Notes: a model not told the origin generated them from the letters alone. 40,251 nt of DNA from an uncultured Campylobacterota bacterium (GCA_903821805.1 CAIJNA010000163.1:1-40251), one strand, 5' to 3'; numbered from the stretch's first letter, positions 18,841-27,885 are shown. A program made the numbers and translations.

Positions 18841-19661
18841 TGAGAGCTTATCAACCAAAAGACAATGTACAAAAAAAATCATATTACAACGATAGATTTT
18901 ATGTTACACCAACACTAGCAAGAAAATCAGTTTATGATGATTCAGTTTTTAGTAACGATTATTTAAGTTTAACAAAGAAAGTAACAGTAAATGATGTTTA
19001 TCTAGAACTTGATCATTTGGTTCTATGGATAAATCCTGAAGATAACATTTCAGCAATTAAGCATGCAAAAGAAATATTAGCTTATGATTTTTTAGTTGAA
19101 CTTAGTGCAATTGATTATGTGGCAACAAAAGGTGGATTTGAAATTTTTTATGAAATGTTATCAACTTCTAAAAGAAAAAGACTTAGAATTAAGACTTTTA
19201 TTAAAGAAGGAACAGCAATTGAGTCTGTGAATCCGTTATTTAGAATGGCAGACTGGAGTGAGCGTGAAATGTTCGATATGTTTGGAATAGTTGCAAATAA
19301 TCATCCATATATGAAAAGAATTCTTATGCCAGAAGATTGGCATGGGCACCCACTTTTAAAAACTTATCCACTTCATGGTGATGAGGCTGCAAGATGGTAC
19401 GAAGTCGATAAAATTTTTGGACGAGAGGCTAGAGAAACTATAGGTGAAGAGCAAAGAGATTCTGCAGCTATAGATAGATATGACACAACAAGATTCTCAA
19501 GACTTGGACACGAAGTTCCATTTGGAACTGACATTAGAGATGGTAAAGAACCAGATACCCCTGTTAGATATCAAGAAGATGGAGGAATTAAAATCTTCGG
19601 AATACCTCTTGTTACACCATTTGATGAGATAGAAACTAAAAATTTAAAAGAGAGAAGATAA
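18840..19661 (+). CDS. nuoC: NADH-quinone oxidoreductase subunit C
   Basis: 273 aa with the [11 protein letters not shown] signature. TAATG overlap with nuoB. Confidence 0.92.
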   Translation: MRAYQPKDNVQKKSYYNDRFYVTPTLARKSVYDDSVFSNDYLSLTKKVTVNDVYLELDHLVLWINPEDNISAIKHAKEILAYDFLVELSAIDYVATKGGFEIFYEMLSTSKRKRLRIKTFIKEGTAIESVNPLFRMADWSEREMFDMFGIVANNHPYMKRILMPEDWHGHPLLKTYPLHGDEAARWYEVDKIFGREARETIGEEQRDSAAIDRYDTTRFSRLGHEVPFGTDIRDGKEPDTPVRYQEDGGIKIFGIPLVTPFDEIETKNLKERR

Positions 19662-19662
19662 C

Positions 19663-20889
19663 ATGCAACAAACAAATAGATTAAAACCTTTTTTTGAAAA
19701 TATAGCATTTGACAGAGAAGACAATACTATGGTTGTAAACTTTGGTCCTCAGCATCCATCAGCACATGGACAGCTTCGACTTATTCTTGAGCTTCAAGGA
19801 GAAGAAGTTGTAAAAGCCCATCCAGACGTTGGATACCTTCATAGGGGTATGGAAAAAATGGGTGAAAACATGATTTATAACGAATTTTTGCCTACAACAG
19901 ACAGAATGGATTATATAGCAGCGACTTCAAATAATTATGGATATGCACTGGCAGTTGAAAAACTTTTAGGTATTGAGGCGCCAAGAAGAGCTGAAGTTAT
20001 AAGAACTATGTTGCTTGAAATAAATAGAATTATTTCTCACTTGTTTTGGCTTGCAACACATGCACTAGATGTTGGTGCAATGTCAGTATTTCTTTATGCA
20101 TTTAGAGAAAGAGAATTCGCGATGGATTTAATGGAAGATTATTGTGGAGCTAGACTTACTCATAGTAGCGTTAGAATAGGTGGTGTTCCATTAGATTTAC
20201 CAAAAAATTGGATTGAAGATTTAGAAAAATTTATGGTAGTTCTTGATGAGCAAATCAAAATTTATGAGGGCCTTCTAACAACAAATAGAATCTGGAGAAT
20301 GAGACTAGAAAATATTGGTGTTATTCCAACAGAAATGGCGAAGTCTTGGGGATGTACAGGATTAGTACTTAGAGGAAGTGGTGTTCAATGGGACTTAAGA
20401 AAAGAGATGCCTTACGGACTTTATCCAGAATTAGAATTTGATGTTCCGTTCTCTGATACTTGTGACAGCTATGGAAGATATAAACTTCATATGGAAGAGA
20501 TGTACCAATCTATGAGAATTTTAAAACAATTAATTCCTATGTATCACGAAAGTGAATCTAAATTAATGGCTCATGCTCCTCAGTATATTTCATCTTCAAA
20601 AGAAGAAATGATGACTCAAAATTATTCACTAATGCAACACTTTGTTCTTGTGACTCAAGGTATGAGACCACCAGTCGGAGAAGTTTATGTTGCTACAGAA
20701 TCACCAAAAGGTGAATTGGGTTATTACATTGTAAGTGATGGAAGTCCTTATCCATACAGAATGAAATTAAGAGCACCAAGCTTCTGGCATACAGGAATAT
20801 TGCAAGATCTACTTCCAGGGCATCAGCTTGCCGATGTTGTTACTATTATTGGTAACCTTAATATAGTTTTCGGCGAAATAGATAGATAA
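19663..20889 (+). CDS. nuoD: NADH-quinone oxidoreductase subunit D
   Basis: 408 aa with [11 protein letters not shown] and the C-terminal NIVFGEIDR signature. Confidence 0.95.
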   Translation: MQQTNRLKPFFENIAFDREDNTMVVNFGPQHPSAHGQLRLILELQGEEVVKAHPDVGYLHRGMEKMGENMIYNEFLPTTDRMDYIAATSNNYGYALAVEKLLGIEAPRRAEVIRTMLLEINRIISHLFWLATHALDVGAMSVFLYAFREREFAMDLMEDYCGARLTHSSVRIGGVPLDLPKNWIEDLEKFMVVLDEQIKIYEGLLTTNRIWRMRLENIGVIPTEMAKSWGCTGLVLRGSGVQWDLRKEMPYGLYPELEFDVPFSDTCDSYGRYKLHMEEMYQSMRILKQLIPMYHESESKLMAHAPQYISSSKEEMMTQNYSLMQHFVLVTQGMRPPVGEVYVATESPKGELGYYIVSDGSPYPYRMKLRAPSFWHTGILQDLLPGHQLADVVTIIGNLNIVFGEIDR

Positions 20890-20901
20890 TTAGGGGTTAA
20901 A

Positions 20902-21168
20902 ATGAAAAGATATGATTTAAGAGAACACGGAAATAGTTTTATCCCTAGACTTACTGAGCTTATGAATAACGAAATAGTTGAAGATGAGAATGGCATATTT
21001 TTATTCGAGATTGGGGATTTTTCTCCAATTCAAGAAGTTTCGGATGTAGTTAAAGCAAATAATTGGACATTAATGAATTCAATCAAATTCAATGAAGTTG
21101 ATTGGACTGTTGTTATTAAAAAAACGCAAGACCAATCTCTTATTGTAGAGACTTCTGAAGAAGAATAG
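20902..21168 (+). CDS. Cys-free 88-aa protein occupying the nuoE position
   Basis: The ORF lies between nuoD and the nuoF-position gene with a GGGG RBS. It contains no cysteine, so it cannot ligate the NuoE 2Fe-2S cluster. The position is analogous to the small non-NuoE proteins of the Campylobacter and Helicobacter nuo operons. Confidence 0.7.
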   Translation: MKRYDLREHGNSFIPRLTELMNNEIVEDENGIFLFEIGDFSPIQEVSDVVKANNWTLMNSIKFNEVDWTVVIKKTQDQSLIVETSEEE

Positions 21169-21176
21169 GAAATATT

Positions 21177-23192
21177 GTGAGCAAAGTATATTTTTCAACT
21201 TGGCAAGGAGAGATTGTAGACAATAGAGGCGCTGCATCTATTGAAGATTGGAAAGAATCATCTGCGAAATTGCCAATGGAGTATGATAAAGATAATCATA
21301 CGAAAGCGTTTGTTGGTTGGGATGGATTTGCACTTTTTACAGCTGATGTTGATGTTGTAAAATTAGCAGTTAATTATGCAAAACAATATCAAGAATATAG
21401 TGAAATGTGTGGAAGATGTGCACCTGGAAGATGGGGTGGACGAATACTTTATGATATGTTGGACAAAATCGCAAGGGGTGAAGGTGAGCATAGTGATCTT
21501 GCGCATCTGAATGAAATAAGTGACACTATGATGGTAACTAGCAAGTGTGAAATTGGGAAAACTGTTCCGGTTCCAATCTTGCAAATGATTAAATATTTTA
21601 ACAATGAATTTAAAAGACTAATTGATACAAAAACAGCTTCACCTTGGTATAACATAGATGATGAAAGATATATTGCAAATATAACTGCACCATGTACTGA
21701 CATGTGTCCTGCACATATTGATATTCCTGCATATATTGAGGGCGTAAGAGATCTGGATTTTAGTGCAACATTGAGTGCAACTAGAGATCATATGCCATTA
21801 GCTCATACATGTGGAAGAGTTTGTCCTCATCCATGTGAAACTGCTTGCAGAAGATCAAATCTCGATGAGCCTATATCTATTATGGAGCTTAAGCGAATAG
21901 GTGCTGATTATGAAACAGATCATAAGCTTGATTGGATTCATCCCTCAAAACCTCAAAAACCTAGAAATGATGGTAAAAAAGTTGCTATTATAGGAGCTGG
22001 ACCAGCTGGACTTACAGCAGCTTACTATTTGGGATTACAAGGAATTAATGTAACAATTTTTGAAGAACTACCAGTTCTTGGTGGTGAAGTTACTGTTGGT
22101 GTTCCAGAATATCGTATGCCATTTGATAAGTATAACGAAGACATCAAGTTGATAACTGAATTAGAAACAGTTGAGGTTATAGCTAACCATAGAGTTACAG
22201 CTGAAAGATTAAAAGAGATTGAAGCAGACTATGATGCTACACTTCTTGGATTTGGCGCTAGACTTTCAAAAGCAATTAGATGTGAAAATGAAAATCCAAA
22301 TCATGAAGGCTATTGGGGAGCTATCGCAATGCTTGATAAAGTTAATCTTTGGACAAAATTTCAAATTGGCAGCCCAGCTTCGAATGAATTAAAAGACAAA
22401 ACTGTTGTTTGTGTTGGTGGTGGATTTACTTCAATGGATGTTGTAAGATGTAGTATTAGAGAAGGTGCTAAAAGAGTTGTAATGCTTTATCGAAGAGATG
22501 AAAAAACAATTATTAAAAACACTACACTTGAGGAATATACTGAAGCTGTTGAAGAAGGTGTTGAGTTCGTTTTTCATAGCGCGATCGATACAATTAGGGA
22601 TGAAAATGGTGTAATTAAATCACTATTAGTAAATCAATACGAGCTTGTTCCAGATCCAAATGGAGGAAGAGCTGAGCTTGTAAAAAGAGATGATGGGGAT
22701 TTTGAAATTGAATGCGACTATTTAATTCCAGCAGTTTCTCAAAGTTCAGATTTGCAGATTCTTCCAAAAGAATGGGAGTTAACAATGACATCATGGGGAA
22801 CTTTACAGACTAATGGTAAAGACTTCATGACAAGTAGACCTGGACTGTTTGCAGCAGGTGATTGTGAATACGGACCTATGACTATTGTTAATGCGGTTGG
22901 ACAAGCAAGACGAGCAGCATCTGTTATCAGTAGATATATTTACGATGGTAAAGTGACTCTAACTGATGAAGAGATCATGGAAGACCATATGAATAAGTTA
23001 AAAGTGTATAACAAAAAAGAAAAAATCACAGGTTGGATGGCAGGACTTCCAAGGGAAGTTAGTGAAAAAGCACCAACTGAAATTAGAAAACACAATAATA
23101 TGGAAGTAAATTTTGGTTTCACTGCAGAAGAAGCGCAAGCAGAAGCCGAAAGATGCATGAGATGTTATTACCTTGGGATGGTGGCCATATGA
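21177..23192 (+). CDS. fusion protein: NuoF C-terminal FeS-domain remnant + GltD/NfnB-like NAD(P)H-dependent FeS flavoprotein (occupies nuoF position)
   Basis: GTG start at 21177 with AGGA 6 nt upstream. Residues ~60-145 align to the NuoF N3 domain (SEMCGRCAPGRWGG ... SKCEIGKTVPVPILQMIKYF). Residues ~170-230 carry the GltD-type FeS motifs CTDMCP and CGRVCPHPCETAC. There is a GAGPAG FAD Rossmann (KVAIIGAGPAGLTAAYYL), a second dinucleotide fold (VVCVGGGFTSMDVVRC ... VVMLYRR) and GLFAAGDC. The stop overlaps the next ATG (ATGA). Confidence 0.85.
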   Translation: MSKVYFSTWQGEIVDNRGAASIEDWKESSAKLPMEYDKDNHTKAFVGWDGFALFTADVDVVKLAVNYAKQYQEYSEMCGRCAPGRWGGRILYDMLDKIARGEGEHSDLAHLNEISDTMMVTSKCEIGKTVPVPILQMIKYFNNEFKRLIDTKTASPWYNIDDERYIANITAPCTDMCPAHIDIPAYIEGVRDLDFSATLSATRDHMPLAHTCGRVCPHPCETACRRSNLDEPISIMELKRIGADYETDHKLDWIHPSKPQKPRNDGKKVAIIGAGPAGLTAAYYLGLQGINVTIFEELPVLGGEVTVGVPEYRMPFDKYNEDIKLITELETVEVIANHRVTAERLKEIEADYDATLLGFGARLSKAIRCENENPNHEGYWGAIAMLDKVNLWTKFQIGSPASNELKDKTVVCVGGGFTSMDVVRCSIREGAKRVVMLYRRDEKTIIKNTTLEEYTEAVEEGVEFVFHSAIDTIRDENGVIKSLLVNQYELVPDPNGGRAELVKRDDGDFEIECDYLIPAVSQSSDLQILPKEWELTMTSWGTLQTNGKDFMTSRPGLFAAGDCEYGPMTIVNAVGQARRAASVISRYIYDGKVTLTDEEIMEDHMNKLKVYNKKEKITGWMAGLPREVSEKAPTEIRKHNNMEVNFGFTAEEAQAEAERCMRCYYLGMVAI

Positions 23193-25447
23193 GCGAAAAA
23201 ATAGAACACAGAGGAAAACCAATAAGTATTACAATTGATGGTAAAGTTTGTGATGGAGTTTATGGTGAAACAATCTTACAAATAGCCAGAAAAAACGATA
23301 TCTATATCCCAACAATGTGTTATTTACCAAAAGTTTCTCCGATTGCAAGCTGTAGAATGTGTGCAGTTAAAGTTGTAGGGGTTGATGGCAATATTTTAAG
23401 TTGTCAAGAAAAAGCTGTAAATGGCGCGGTTGTTACAACTAATAATGATGAATTAACTCATCACAGAACAAATATTATGAAGTTATATGATGTTAATCAT
23501 CCTTTGCAATGTGGTGTTTGTGATAAAAGTGGTGAGTGTGATTTACAAAATAAAACATTAGAATTTAAAGTAGATAGTCAAGAGTTTGCAATTAGAGACT
23601 TGAACCGTAAACAAAAAAAATGGGGCGTTTTGGGATACGATCCAAGTCTTTGTATTATGTGTGAAAAATGTGTACATACTTGCAATGAGATAATAGGAAC
23701 AGCAGCACTTTATATAAAACCAGGTGGGTATAAATCTACAATTGATATTAAAATGAGCAGATGTGAACAATGCGGAGATTGTATATCCGTATGCCCTGTT
23801 GGAGCATTGGTTTCAAATCCGTATAAATATACATCAAATGCATGGGAAAGCACCCAGATTCCAGCAACATGTAGCCATTGCAGTAGCGCATGCGCTCTAA
23901 TTTATGATGTGAAAAATAATGAAAAAATCATGAGAGTAAAAAATGATTTTGAATTTTCTTCACTTTGTGGAGCTGGAAGATTTGGATTTGAATATGAAAA
24001 TAAAAACACAAATAAATCAAAAGAAGAGTTTGAAACAGCACTTAATGCAATAAAAACTTGTGAAACAATTAGATTTAATTCTTACATTACCAATGAAGAA
24101 GCAATGATTTTGCAAACATTGAAAGAAAAATTAGGAATAAAGCTTGTCAATGAAGATGCTTATAATTATCAATCATTCCTAAGAACGTATGCTTTGGCAG
24201 CAGGAACGAATCTTTATAGTGCAAGCAACAGAACTATTCAAAATAGTGATGCCATTATCATGATTGGTACAAGAATAAGCAGGGATAATCCTGTTGTGAA
24301 ATATAGTGTAAATATAGCAACAAAGAAAAAAAGAGCTGAATTTATATATATGCATCCGATTGATGATATAGCTTTAGCCAATAAATATACACAATTTGTT
24401 AAATATGAGGTTGGCAGTGAAGAGGCTGTTTTGGCAATGCTTTGTAAATATTTTGTATTAAATGCGCCACAAGAAATAACTTCATTTATAGATGATCTTG
24501 ATATTGGGTATTTAAGCGGTGAGTCAAGTGTTGGCGAAGAGGAAATTGAAGCCATTAAAACTAGATTTATTAGAAGAAAAGAAAAATCAATAATTATTGG
24601 AAGTGATATTTATGGTCACCCAAATGCTACGAATATTGCGAAAATGGTTGCAATTCTTGAGCAGTATGGAAACTTTAAAGTTCTTTTAATTCCAACATTT
24701 ACAAATACTTTAGGTGTTAGTTTAATATGTGATCTTGATAAGGTTGCAACTGGAAAAGTTCTTGGATACAACGAACTAGGAGATTTTACGTTTTCAAATG
24801 ATGGTAATGGTGATTTTAATATACCAGCATTAAATCAACAAGAAGGTACTTTTACTTCTTTGGACATGCAGGTCGTAAATACAAATGCAGCTTTACCATT
24901 TGATGGACCTTGCCTAAATAATTTTGCAAATGAAATTTTAGACATACATCAAAAACATACTATAAATTATACTAGTTTATTGGGCTTAATTAAAGAATTC
25001 AAGCCTATTGCATTTGATGATTTTAAAAATGGATTTGACAAGTACGGTAATGATTTAAGAGGTTACGAATTGAATAGATTTAATACAACAACTTCAAATC
25101 AATTACCAGATGATATAACACCTCTTGATACGTTTAATGGAAGTGTTATCTATAGATGTGAGCCGCTTCATCAATTCAATAAAGCAACTGGAAAATCGCT
25201 ACTTCTTCAGTCTGATACACACTTAAGAGGAAGCGCTTCTTTTGCAACTGCTGCAAAGATTAAAGCTGGTGATAAAGTAAATATAATTTACGGAAATCAA
25301 ATAAAAACAAAAATGTTTAAAATAGATACAACAATAAAAGGTACTGTTGCACTTTATCCTACGTTTGACGATGGATTAAGTGATGATTTGATACCTTTGG
25401 GATATAGATTTAAAAGAGTAAAAATAGAAAAGGTTGCTGAATTATGA
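23189..25447 (+). CDS. nuoG: NADH-quinone oxidoreductase subunit G paralog 1 (retains N7-like Cys motif)
   Basis: The ATG at 23189 (MSEKIEHRG...) is preferred over 23153 because it forms an ATGA overlap with the upstream stop. Motifs present: the 2Fe-2S pattern CX10CX2CX13C, N5 (HPLQCGVCDKSGEC), CIMCEKCVHTC, CEQCGDCISVCP, and CSHCSSAC-X24-C (N7-like). There is also a molybdopterin-oxidoreductase-like C-terminal part. Confidence 0.85.
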   Translation: MSEKIEHRGKPISITIDGKVCDGVYGETILQIARKNDIYIPTMCYLPKVSPIASCRMCAVKVVGVDGNILSCQEKAVNGAVVTTNNDELTHHRTNIMKLYDVNHPLQCGVCDKSGECDLQNKTLEFKVDSQEFAIRDLNRKQKKWGVLGYDPSLCIMCEKCVHTCNEIIGTAALYIKPGGYKSTIDIKMSRCEQCGDCISVCPVGALVSNPYKYTSNAWESTQIPATCSHCSSACALIYDVKNNEKIMRVKNDFEFSSLCGAGRFGFEYENKNTNKSKEEFETALNAIKTCETIRFNSYITNEEAMILQTLKEKLGIKLVNEDAYNYQSFLRTYALAAGTNLYSASNRTIQNSDAIIMIGTRISRDNPVVKYSVNIATKKKRAEFIYMHPIDDIALANKYTQFVKYEVGSEEAVLAMLCKYFVLNAPQEITSFIDDLDIGYLSGESSVGEEEIEAIKTRFIRRKEKSIIIGSDIYGHPNATNIAKMVAILEQYGNFKVLLIPTFTNTLGVSLICDLDKVATGKVLGYNELGDFTFSNDGNGDFNIPALNQQEGTFTSLDMQVVNTNAALPFDGPCLNNFANEILDIHQKHTINYTSLLGLIKEFKPIAFDDFKNGFDKYGNDLRGYELNRFNTTTSNQLPDDITPLDTFNGSVIYRCEPLHQFNKATGKSLLLQSDTHLRGSASFATAAKIKAGDKVNIIYGNQIKTKMFKIDTTIKGTVALYPTFDDGLSDDLIPLGYRFKRVKIEKVAEL

Positions 25448-27885
25448 GTGATTTGATTACTGTAAAAATTGACGGCAAAGACTGTCAAGCTAAAGATGGA
25501 GAATATGTATTAAATGTTGCACGAGCAAATGACATATTTATACCTGCAATTTGCTATCTAACAAGATGCTCGCCAACTTTAGCATGTAGATTATGCCTTG
25601 TGGAATCAGGTGGAAAACAAATTTACGCATGTAACGCTAAAGTAAAAGATGGCATGGAAGTTACAACATCTACTGAAAATATTGAAGTTGAAAGACGAGC
25701 AATTATGGAAGTTTATGATGTAAATCATCCTTTGCAATGTGGTGTTTGTGATCAAAGTGGAGAGTGTGAACTTCAAAACTATACACTTTATATGGGTGTT
25801 GATAAACAAAACTATGCAGTAAAAGATGTTTTAAGAGATACTAAAGATTGGGGTGTTATGAGTTATGACCCGGGTCTTTGTATTGTTTGTGAAAAATGTG
25901 TAACAGTTTGCAAAGATATGATTGGTTCAAATGCATTGAGTACAACTGCTAGAGGTAGTGAAGCTCTTGATAAAAGTTATAAAGACAACATGCCTAAAGA
26001 TGCTTATTCAATGTGGAATAAACTAAATAAAAATCTTATTAGTTTTGACGATGAAAGTTGTATTGATTGTGGTGAATGTATTGCTGTATGTCCAGTTGGA
26101 GCCCTTGTAAGTACAGATTTTAAATACACCACAAATGCATGGGAGCTTGTAAAGGTTCCAGCTGCAAATCCTTTCAGTTCTGATTGTTCATTACTTTATT
26201 ATGAAGTAAAACATAAAAGCATCAAAGATGAAACAAATAAAATCTATAGAGTTACAAATGATTCTCACTATACAAGCTTAAGTGGTGCGGCTAGATTTGG
26301 ATTTGATTATTCAAATGAAGTTGCATCAAAAGATGAGCATGCCTTTAAACAAACTATAGAAGCATTTAAAAGCAGCCAAACAATAATTTTTAATAGTTTT
26401 ATTACAAATGAAGAAGCTTTTATATTGCAAAAAATGAAAAATGAATTAGGATTTAAACTTGTCAATAATGATGCATTTGCATACAAAAGATTCCTATCTA
26501 ATTTCTCTTCAGTATCAGGAAGTACTCTTTATAGTGGAGATTTAAATAAAGTTCATAATAGTAATTTTGTTGTTTCTGTAGGTAGTTATTTCAAATCGGA
26601 TGCACCATCTGTTAGATATGCATTTAATAATTCAATTTCTTTAAATAAAGGTGCTGGACTCTATTTTCATCCACTTGGTGATAGTACTGTTGAAGGATTT
26701 GGCAAAAAAGGAAAAACAATCGAGACAATTTTCCATGCGCCACTATCTGAAGAAGCAATTTTATATCTTATTCTTGATGTATTTGGAAGAAATCTCCCAA
26801 GTGAAATCTCTTCGTATTTAAGTAGTTTAAAATTACAAAAAACAAGAACAATTACAGAGTTAATAAAAGAACAAGTTACTGAAATGGTAAAAGATGAAGA
26901 AACTGGAGAAGAAAAAGAAATAACAAAAGAGGTTTCAAAAAAAGTATCAAAAGAAGAAACTTATTCATCTACTAAATTACTAGAGATGATAGGTTCTGAT
27001 GATACTTTGCTTGAAACAATATCTGCAATGCTTGAGAAAAAAGATACTTTTACATTGATTGTAGGTGAGGATCTGTATCAACATGAAAAAGCAGAAAATT
27101 TAGCAAAATTGTGTGGATTAATTGAAAAATATACATCTTTTGATGTTGTTATTATTCCTAGCTCAACAAATACTTTGGGAGTTAGTTTACTTTGTGATTT
27201 AGATGAAGCTCCAATCGGAAAAACTATTGGTTATAATATGAAAGCTGATTTTGAAATTAGTGCACTTGGTGATGGAATGCTTGATATGCCTACGCTAAAT
27301 CAGCAAGAAGGAACTTTTGTAACAATTAACAAAAGAGTTGTGCCTACAAATGCAGCAATCAAATATCACGGTTACGAATTAAATGATATTGCAAATGAAC
27401 TTTTAGCTAAAAAAACAAAATATACTGTCGACCATACTTCTAATTTATTAAATAAAATTGCATTTGAAAATCTTGAAAATCATTTTACGAACTCAATGGA
27501 TGAAAGAAGAGGATATTTATTAGATGCACAAAGTATAGCTTCAAATGATATGGTTGAAAATGCAAGTGAATTGAAAATGGAAGGAACTATTATTTATAAT
27601 GCTAATCCTATAAATCAATTCAATGAATTTACAAGCAAAGCAAAACAGTTACAACAAGAGATAACAGCATTATATGTTTCTAGTGAGTATTTAACTAAAC
27701 TTGAATTAAATAATGGAGATTTGGTAAACATATCAACTTCAAATGGATCAGTTCAGCTTCCAGTAATGATTGATAATCAACTTGTTGGTGAAATTTCTTA
27801 TGTTCCAACATTTGAAAAAAATAGCGAAACTAAAAACTTATTTGCAAATTATAGATTTATAAACGCAAATTTAACAAAGGTGTAA
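25444..27885 (+). CDS. nuoG: NADH-quinone oxidoreductase subunit G paralog 2 (N7 motif lost)
   Basis: 813 aa, joined to paralog 1 by an ATGA overlap. It has the same N-terminal cluster motifs (2Fe-2S, HPLQCGVCDQSGEC, CIVCEKCVTVC, CIDCGECIAVCP). The N7 position reads PFSSDCS ... SLSGAARF, with only one Cys left. A Lys/Glu-rich insertion lies around EETGEEKEITKEVSKKVSKEE. Confidence 0.85.
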   Translation: MSDLITVKIDGKDCQAKDGEYVLNVARANDIFIPAICYLTRCSPTLACRLCLVESGGKQIYACNAKVKDGMEVTTSTENIEVERRAIMEVYDVNHPLQCGVCDQSGECELQNYTLYMGVDKQNYAVKDVLRDTKDWGVMSYDPGLCIVCEKCVTVCKDMIGSNALSTTARGSEALDKSYKDNMPKDAYSMWNKLNKNLISFDDESCIDCGECIAVCPVGALVSTDFKYTTNAWELVKVPAANPFSSDCSLLYYEVKHKSIKDETNKIYRVTNDSHYTSLSGAARFGFDYSNEVASKDEHAFKQTIEAFKSSQTIIFNSFITNEEAFILQKMKNELGFKLVNNDAFAYKRFLSNFSSVSGSTLYSGDLNKVHNSNFVVSVGSYFKSDAPSVRYAFNNSISLNKGAGLYFHPLGDSTVEGFGKKGKTIETIFHAPLSEEAILYLILDVFGRNLPSEISSYLSSLKLQKTRTITELIKEQVTEMVKDEETGEEKEITKEVSKKVSKEETYSSTKLLEMIGSDDTLLETISAMLEKKDTFTLIVGEDLYQHEKAENLAKLCGLIEKYTSFDVVIIPSSTNTLGVSLLCDLDEAPIGKTIGYNMKADFEISALGDGMLDMPTLNQQEGTFVTINKRVVPTNAAIKYHGYELNDIANELLAKKTKYTVDHTSNLLNKIAFENLENHFTNSMDERRGYLLDAQSIASNDMVENASELKMEGTIIYNANPINQFNEFTSKAKQLQQEITALYVSSEYLTKLELNNGDLVNISTSNGSVQLPVMIDNQLVGEISYVPTFEKNSETKNLFANYRFINANLTKV

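Noticed and set aside
23153-23188. Upstream start for the first nuoG paralog (MHEMLLPWDGGH...).
   Set aside because: It would overlap the preceding gene by 40 nt. The ATG at 23189 forms the classic ATGA overlap with the upstream stop and is preceded by a GGATGGTGG purine-rich stretch.
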